A stretch of DNA of 64,000 nt from Candidatus Bathyarchaeota archaeon (GTDB lineage: Archaea > Thermoproteota > Bathyarchaeia > TCS64), in the NCBI GenBank assembly GCA_016930055.1, contig JAFGHP010000091.1:2187-66186 (forward strand), given 5' to 3'. Of this stretch, positions 58,213 to 64,000 are shown piece by piece. A program made the translations under genes and the position numbers. Position 1 is the first letter of the stretch. Each line of letters begins with the position of its first letter. The notes beneath the pieces are model-generated. The model did no database searches, was not told the DNA's origin, and worked only from the letters and a program-made list of their open reading frames with translations.

Positions 58213-58527
58213 TTATTTTTTCACCAAATCAAGAATTTTAGAGTCACCAGGTTCGGTTATCACCATAGCAGATACTGGAAAAGGTTTTCCACATAATGTA
58301 CCCAAATCAATACTATCTTTTGGATGTGCCATTATAGGCGTATTGGAAAGTTTTCCATAATTCAAAATAGTCTCCCGCATTTTAATCGGGCAGTTGTTGC
58401 TGACTATTGCCAGCTTTGCTCTACCTCTACGCAACTCCCGTACTGAAACTTTAGATCCTACCTGGACCTTCCCAGTGGAGAGTGCGAGTCTCAGCTCATT
58501 ATCTATGCTACTCATCGCGTTTTCCAC
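58213..58527 (-). CDS. rpl30e: Ribosomal protein L30e.
   Basis: LALSTGKVQVGSK...RGRAKLAIVSNNCP...LCGKPFPVSAMVI is the L30e signature. It overlaps the rpoA 3' end by 20 nt. Confidence 0.85.
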   Translation of the reverse strand: MENAMSSIDNELRLALSTGKVQVGSKVSVRELRRGRAKLAIVSNNCPIKMRETILNYGKLSNTPIMAHPKDSIDLGTLCGKPFPVSAMVITEPGDSKILDLVKK

Positions 58528-61500
58528 CCATTGTCATAAACAATTCCACGCTACCTGTTCCAAGGGGCATGGATTGTCCTACAATAATATTTTCGATTAC
58601 ACCTTTAAGGGGATCGATTTCTCCACGTAAAGCAGCGGCTACAAGGTGTTGTATGGTTAACTCGAATGCTGCACGAGCTAGTACACTGCTTTTTTCTCCA
58701 CTTATTCCATGTCTACCAATTTGTTGGACTTCGCCAGTTTTTGTCATAATATCTGATACAAGCATTACGTGTCTAACATCAACGTCTAGTCCTTGTTCTT
58801 CCAGAACTGCGTGTGCTTCTTTTATTAATGAGTTCCTTGCTGCTTCTATTCCAAGTATTTCAGCTATTTCGTGTATGTTATTAGTTGTTGTTCTTAGAGG
58901 ATCTACACCTTCAATATTTATAACGCCCTCAAGGTTGCTTCCATCGGTTCGGATTATCCATTCTCCTTCTTCTTGTACTGTTAAAACACGTTTTATTTCA
59001 GGAATTCCACGTATTTTAAATGCCATTACTGATTGTATTAGTAATTCTGGGTTTCCTGTTTTCTCTTCATCTAAACTTATTAGATATGTTCCATCACTTT
59101 GTTTTTCGAATTTTGTGGTTATTGCATCTTCAACATCTTTTTCAGAAATTCCTAATGAACTCATTCGTTCAGAATCAAAACTAATTTTTATTCCATTTAA
59201 ATTAAAATCAACATTTATTTCGTCAACGACGTCGTCAATTGTAGTATAAGTAAGTTTTTGTGCTACTTCTCGAGCTAGTTTTTCGCTCTTTCTGTGTCTC
59301 ATATCTAGGTGTATAGTCATTACAGGTGTTGATGGAGTTCTTCTAGCATCAACGATCTCAATTAAACGCGGTAACCCAAGAGTAACATTCTGTTCTGCAA
59401 CACCAGCATAATGGAAGGTACGTAGTGTCATTTGAGTACCGGGTTCTCCGATGCTTTGAGCTGCAAGAATTCCTACTGCTTCACCTGGTTCTACAAGACT
59501 ATAATCATAGTTTTTAAGAACAGCTTCGAGTACTTCGTTTAAACCTGATTCTGTCATTTCTGCTGTTGATAACTCTTTTTTAAGAGAATCTATCACACTT
59601 GGTGGTAATTGTCTTAGTAATTCAGTTATCTTATTTTCAATGAATTCATTGGAAACAGTTTTACCTTTTTTCATTGTTATTTTAATTCGATCTATTAATT
59701 GTGTTGTATTTACTGCTTTACCATGGTCACTTTTACTTGGATCTATCCCATCTTCACCATATTTGAATTGAATAATATCACCGATACTATTCCTTACTGT
59801 TCCATCGTATTCTACTCTAAGGTGTTCTAAAGCGTTGATTAATCTACGTTGCATGTATCCACTTTGTTGTGTTCTTACTGCAGTATCAACTAATCCTTCT
59901 CGTCCACCCATGCTATGGAAAAAGTATTCTAAAGGAGTTAATCCATCTCTATAACAATTATATACAAACCCTCTTGCTTGTGGTGTTGCATCATCATCTT
60001 TAAAATGGCTCAGTGTTCTATTCTCGTATCCCCTCATTATTCGTTTACCACGAATAGCTTGTTGACCAACACTACCCATCATCTGACCAATGTTTAAGCT
60101 ACTACCACGAGCACCACTTCTTGTCATTATTATTCCAGCGTTACCCATTCCGAGTCCTTGTTCAACTGTTTCGCCTGCTTTGTCACGAGCTTGTGCTAAT
60201 TCATTCATGACTTTTATTTCAAAGGTTTCTTGAAGGCTTTGACCGGGTAGTCGATCTAGTTGCCCAGTAGAGTATTGTTCGATAAGATTCTCAACACTTC
60301 GCTCCATTTTTCTCATTACATTATTAATCGTGTTTCTTTCTTTTTCTGGAATAATTAACTCATCCATACTGTAACTGAATCCATGAATACTTAAGAAACT
60401 GTTAATTAATCTAGTAATGCTGTTGAGGAAATCATGACCAATGTCTGTACCGTAGTCTTTAATGATTCTATGGAAAATTGTTTCTGCTCGTTCAGCTCCA
60501 ATGGAGTTTTTATCAATAACTCCTGTCAATAGTTCTCCACTATCAATCATTACATAAGCATCATATTCACATTGTTCTCTGGCACATATTGGGCAATGGC
60601 GACAAATATTCGCGCGACTAACAAAACTGAAGTCCTTTGGTAAAAATAGACTAAAGATTTGTTTCCCAGTCCATAAATGTTCTGGGATTTTAACATGAGG
60701 TTCAGGAATTTCTCCTTTATATCCTGCATGAGCTAAAAGTTTTCCAACATCTGATGCAGTTAATAAAGTATCTTTTCGTGTTAACAGATATGCACCACTT
60801 ATGAAGTCCTTTGTAGCTCCAATGATTGGTGCCCCATACCTTGGAGATAGAATTTGGTCTTGTACCTGCATTAAGAGCCTTGATTCAGTCTGAGCTTCTT
60901 TACTTTGAGGTATGTGGAGATTCATTTCGTCTCCATCAAAATCTGCGTTGTAAGGTGGGCATACAGCTAAGTGCATTCTGAAAGTCTTGTATGGTAAAAC
61001 ACGAACTCTATGAGCCATTATGCTCATTCTATGGAGCGAAGGCTGCCTATTGAAAAGAGCGATATCACCATCCTTAAGATGACGTTCGACTATAAATCCA
61101 GGTTCAAGAGTATCTGCAATCCCGCTTCTTTCAGTTACAAATTCTAGACGTATCCTTTTTTGGTCAGGTCTTATAACATATAGGGCACCAGGATGCTTAT
61201 ATGGTCCATTGATCACGAGACGTTTCATTTCTTCACTATTACGTGATGTAACAATGTCAGGAACTGTTAACCTAACTGCAATAGCTACAGGCACACCAAC
61301 CTCATTGATATCTAAATTAGGATCGGGACTTATTACGGTACGAGCAGAATAGTCTACACGTTTACCTGAAAGATTACCTCTAAACCTACCTTCTTTTCCT
61401 TTTAGTCTCTGAGCAAGACTTTTTAGTGTTCTTCCACTTCGATGTCTAGCTGGAGGAATACCTGATACTTCATTATTGAAATATGTTGTAACATGGTATT

Positions 61501-62368
61501 GTAATAGTTCTGATAGATCTTCAATTATTAATGTGGGGGCACCAGCATCAATATTTTCTCGTAATCTTTGATTAATTCTAATGATATCTACAAGTTTATG
61601 TGTTAAATCATCTTCAGCTCTAATACCTGACTCAAGAATTATACTTGGACGAACATCTACAGGCGGTACTGGTAATACCTGTAAAATCATCCATTCAGGT
61701 CGAGCTACTTCTGGCTCAAAATCTAGAATGGTTAAGTCTTCATCAGGTATTCTTTCAAACCATTCCCTTATCATATTAGCGGTTAATCTTCTAGCGGATT
61801 CATCACTTTCATCTGCTTCAAGTTCTGAATTCTCTACAATTTCCTCTTCTTCTCCAGTTTCTGATTCATAGAATGTAGTTGGTTTAGCAAATTTTATGTT
61901 AGTTTGAAGCATACCACAATGCGGACACTCTTTACCCCTTTTATATTTCTTAGCTTGTTTAAGGATCTCATTTATTGTTTCATCACTAACTTTTCCAAAA
62001 AGTTTTAGATCCTCTTCTTTTCTTTTAAGGAAAAATTCGATTTCTTCGTCTTTGAGAAGAACTCTCCCACAACCACGACATGTAGCAGTTAATAGACGAT
62101 ATATTTGTTTAGCAAATTCAACGTGAATAACAGGAACAGCCAATTCAATGTGACCAAAATGACCAGGGCAATTAATCGCAATATTTCCACATGTTTGGCA
62201 ACGTTGCCTAGGTTCTAAGGTCCCTAAACGGTGATCCATTAAACCACTAGCAATTGGTGCACCATCTTCATCATAAGTATCCGATGTTTGTATTTCAACA
62301 GCTGATAGTTTTCTAATTTCATCAGGTGGAAGTAAACCAAATTTAATTGCATCAATTAATTTACTCAT
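58508..62368 (-). CDS. rpoA: DNA-directed RNA polymerase largest subunit, with A' and A'' fused in one ORF of 1286 aa.
   Basis: Clamp Zn motifs sit at the N-terminus. The NADFDGDEMN active site is present. Reading continues through the usual A'/A'' split point into VEPGEAVGILAAQSIGEPGTQMTLRTFHYAGV with no stop. Confidence 0.9.
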   Translation of the reverse strand: MSKLIDAIKFGLLPPDEIRKLSAVEIQTSDTYDEDGAPIASGLMDHRLGTLEPRQRCQTCGNIAINCPGHFGHIELAVPVIHVEFAKQIYRLLTATCRGCGRVLLKDEEIEFFLKRKEEDLKLFGKVSDETINEILKQAKKYKRGKECPHCGMLQTNIKFAKPTTFYESETGEEEEIVENSELEADESDESARRLTANMIREWFERIPDEDLTILDFEPEVARPEWMILQVLPVPPVDVRPSIILESGIRAEDDLTHKLVDIIRINQRLRENIDAGAPTLIIEDLSELLQYHVTTYFNNEVSGIPPARHRSGRTLKSLAQRLKGKEGRFRGNLSGKRVDYSARTVISPDPNLDINEVGVPVAIAVRLTVPDIVTSRNSEEMKRLVINGPYKHPGALYVIRPDQKRIRLEFVTERSGIADTLEPGFIVERHLKDGDIALFNRQPSLHRMSIMAHRVRVLPYKTFRMHLAVCPPYNADFDGDEMNLHIPQSKEAQTESRLLMQVQDQILSPRYGAPIIGATKDFISGAYLLTRKDTLLTASDVGKLLAHAGYKGEIPEPHVKIPEHLWTGKQIFSLFLPKDFSFVSRANICRHCPICAREQCEYDAYVMIDSGELLTGVIDKNSIGAERAETIFHRIIKDYGTDIGHDFLNSITRLINSFLSIHGFSYSMDELIIPEKERNTINNVMRKMERSVENLIEQYSTGQLDRLPGQSLQETFEIKVMNELAQARDKAGETVEQGLGMGNAGIIMTRSGARGSSLNIGQMMGSVGQQAIRGKRIMRGYENRTLSHFKDDDATPQARGFVYNCYRDGLTPLEYFFHSMGGREGLVDTAVRTQQSGYMQRRLINALEHLRVEYDGTVRNSIGDIIQFKYGEDGIDPSKSDHGKAVNTTQLIDRIKITMKKGKTVSNEFIENKITELLRQLPPSVIDSLKKELSTAEMTESGLNEVLEAVLKNYDYSLVEPGEAVGILAAQSIGEPGTQMTLRTFHYAGVAEQNVTLGLPRLIEIVDARRTPSTPVMTIHLDMRHRKSEKLAREVAQKLTYTTIDDVVDEINVDFNLNGIKISFDSERMSSLGISEKDVEDAITTKFEKQSDGTYLISLDEEKTGNPELLIQSVMAFKIRGIPEIKRVLTVQEEGEWIIRTDGSNLEGVINIEGVDPLRTTTNNIHEIAEILGIEAARNSLIKEAHAVLEEQGLDVDVRHVMLVSDIMTKTGEVQQIGRHGISGEKSSVLARAAFELTIQHLVAAALRGEIDPLKGVIENIIVGQSMPLGTGSVELFMTMGGKRDE

Positions 62369-64000
62369 TTATTCCACATCCTTAGCTAATTGTAAATTTG
62401 GAGAAAGACAGAGGCTTTGCATCTCCTGTAAAAGTAATTTAAACGCATAACTTATAGTAACAGCTTCGATTTCTCCTTTACCATCGCAGATTGGACAAAT
62501 ATATTTTCGTTGACGTTGATCAAAATAAGCTTGTTTTCCACATTTTTCACATACATAGATAGTATATGCATCAGATTCTTCCAGTAATCGATCTTTCAAT
62601 AACATTGCAGCTCCGTGACCTACTAAACAGTCACGTTCCATTTCTCCGAATCTCAGTCCACCGCCACGTGCTCTACCTTCGGTAGGTTGTCGAGTGAGCA
62701 TTTGTACTTGACCTCGAGCTCGGGCATGGATTTTGTCAACAACCATATGATGTAATTTTTGATAATATACTACTCCTATGAAAATCTCTGTATCAAATAC
62801 TTTTCCACTTTGTCCATCATACATTATTTCTCTTCCACCAGGGTGGAATCCGAGTTCAGTAAGAATCTCTGCTAAAGTTTTTGCATCCTCGTTATCAAAA
62901 GGAGTTCCATCAACCGATTCTCCTCGTACTGAAGCTGTTTTCCCAGCTAAACTTTCCATAAATTGACCTACAGTCATACGGCTTGGAAATGCATGTGGAT
63001 TAATTATGATATCAGGTATTGTACCATGTACACTAAAAGGCATATCTACTTGGGGAACCAACATTCCTATAACTCCTTTTTGACCATGGCGACTAACGAA
63101 TTTATCCCCTAATTCGGGTATTCTATTACTTCGAACTTTAACTTTGATTAATTGACTACCTTCAATATCTTTTGTAATAAAAACTCCATCAACAGTACCA
63201 TCCTCTGTAGGTCTTACTCCTACAGAAGTATCCCTTAATTGTGGACCACGAACCTCGAGGGTTCCATATTCTTCCATGAAACGGGGAGGACTAGTTCTTC
63301 CTATCAGTACATCTCCACCTTTTACTTCTGCTTCCATGGCAATTAGACCATCACTTTCTAAGTGCCTATAAGATTCAGCTCCATGATAACCTCTAATTCC
63401 TTCTTCAGGAATAGTAAGACGGTCTTTAGCTCCTCCAAGATACTGTTTACATTCTGCTTTATACATACGGAAGAAACTGCTATGACCTAAACCTCGTTCA
63501 ACCGCGCTTTTATTAAAAATGATTGCATCTTCCATATTGTAACCACTGCTACTTAAGACAGCAACTACAAAGTTTTGACCAGCAGGTCTATCATTATAAC
63601 CAATAACATCCATTGGTTTTGTCCTTACAACAGGTTTTTGAGGATAATGAAGTAAATGAGCTCGAGTGTCAGTTCTATCACGATAATTTAATGCATAAAT
63701 TCCAGGAGCCTGTTTAGCCATAGCACCTTGGTAAGTATTGCGCGGTGACTGATTATGTTCTGCATAAGGAATTATTGCTGCAGTAACACCAAGAATAGCA
63801 AATGAACAAATTTCTAAATGGGTATGTTCAGAGCTAAGTTTCTCAGATTCAATTGCGATATAAGCATTCTCTTCTTCTTCCGCGTCAAGATATTCAACAA
63901 TACCTTCTCTAACTAAATCACTCCATTGCCAACGACCTTCTCTCAAATTTCTTAAATGTCTTTGTTTTAATAGACATTTTCCGTCTTGTAGAATGATTAA
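62369..64000 (-). CDS. rpoB: DNA-directed RNA polymerase subunit B, C-terminal part. It may be the B' subunit or the end of an unsplit B. The N-terminus lies beyond the window end.
   Basis: A GDKF..RHGQKG-type region and the C-terminal Zn motif CEKCGK...CPICDG are present. The reading frame stays open to position 64000. Confidence 0.9.
   Translation of the reverse strand, partial: LIILQDGKCLLKQRHLRNLREGRWQWSDLVREGIVEYLDAEEEENAYIAIESEKLSSEHTHLEICSFAILGVTAAIIPYAEHNQSPRNTYQGAMAKQAPGIYALNYRDRTDTRAHLLHYPQKPVVRTKPMDVIGYNDRPAGQNFVVAVLSSSGYNMEDAIIFNKSAVERGLGHSSFFRMYKAECKQYLGGAKDRLTIPEEGIRGYHGAESYRHLESDGLIAMEAEVKGGDVLIGRTSPPRFMEEYGTLEVRGPQLRDTSVGVRPTEDGTVDGVFITKDIEGSQLIKVKVRSNRIPELGDKFVSRHGQKGVIGMLVPQVDMPFSVHGTIPDIIINPHAFPSRMTVGQFMESLAGKTASVRGESVDGTPFDNEDAKTLAEILTELGFHPGGREIMYDGQSGKVFDTEIFIGVVYYQKLHHMVVDKIHARARGQVQMLTRQPTEGRARGGGLRFGEMERDCLVGHGAAMLLKDRLLEESDAYTIYVCEKCGKQAYFDQRQRKYICPICDGKGEIEAVTISYAFKLLLQEMQSLCLSPNLQLAKDVE

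Noticed and set aside
58482-59249. 255-aa plus-strand ORF (Ser/Cys/Ile-rich) fully inside rpoA on the opposite strand.
   Set aside because: It is antisense to a strongly conserved RNA polymerase coding region, its composition is low-complexity, and it has no motifs. It is a shadow ORF.
1-64000. tRNA, rRNA and CRISPR search across all intergenic spacers.
   Set aside because: No 70-90-nt GC-rich block with cloverleaf potential was found. No rRNA-like conserved stretch was found. No regularly spaced direct repeats were seen. All spacers are simple AT-rich sequence.

Overview
Low-GC (about 30% by eye) archaeal chromosomal segment. I call 59 protein-coding genes; one is cut at each window edge. 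I found no rRNA, tRNA or CRISPR array. The content is consistent with an H2-metabolising, non-methanogenic, Asgard-like archaeon; this lineage guess is inference only. The clearest support is the core archaeal transcription block at the right edge, running partial rpoB, rpoA, rpl30e and nusA. Here rpoA is one fused A'+A'' ORF of 1286 aa instead of the usual split pair. The centre of the window, 19.4-38 kb, is a dense energy-metabolism supercluster. It holds class I fumarase and a soluble fumarate reductase whose FAD-binding site lacks the His that normally links FAD covalently. That reductase is transcribed together with HdrB/HdrC-like proteins and an HdrA that carries a cysteine-less MvhD-like tail. 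A malic enzyme follows. Then comes a second, tandem-duplicated hdrA, then mvhD, hdrC, hdrB, mvhG, mvhA and a hydrogenase maturation protease. Directly after these sit a GcvH-like lipoyl-carrier protein and a lipoate-protein ligase. Other notable content is a four-gene operon on the minus strand. It encodes a B12-binding radical SAM enzyme, an ICMT/PEMT-family methyltransferase, a DUF2085-like membrane protein and a zinc-ribbon membrane protein. A very AT-rich accessory stretch at 43-51.5 kb carries a pilin-like protein, a transglutaminase-like lipoprotein and an 1858-aa gene with DUF4011, a Upf1-like SF1 helicase, a Vsr/DUF559 nuclease and DUF3320. That architecture matches what I recall for the Hhe defence gene. 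Next to it are tldD/tldE, pepF and an MFS transporter. Elsewhere there is a tungsten-type AOR with its Fe-S subunit, a MoaD/SAMP-like protein ending in GG, an aminotransferase, anaerobic RNR NrdD with a redoxin and a divergent regulator. The 5' 2.3 kb holds a small cassette of an HTH protein and a frameshifted RHH gene that looks mobile-element-derived. Every call rests on motifs read directly from the translated ORFs; I ran no database searches.
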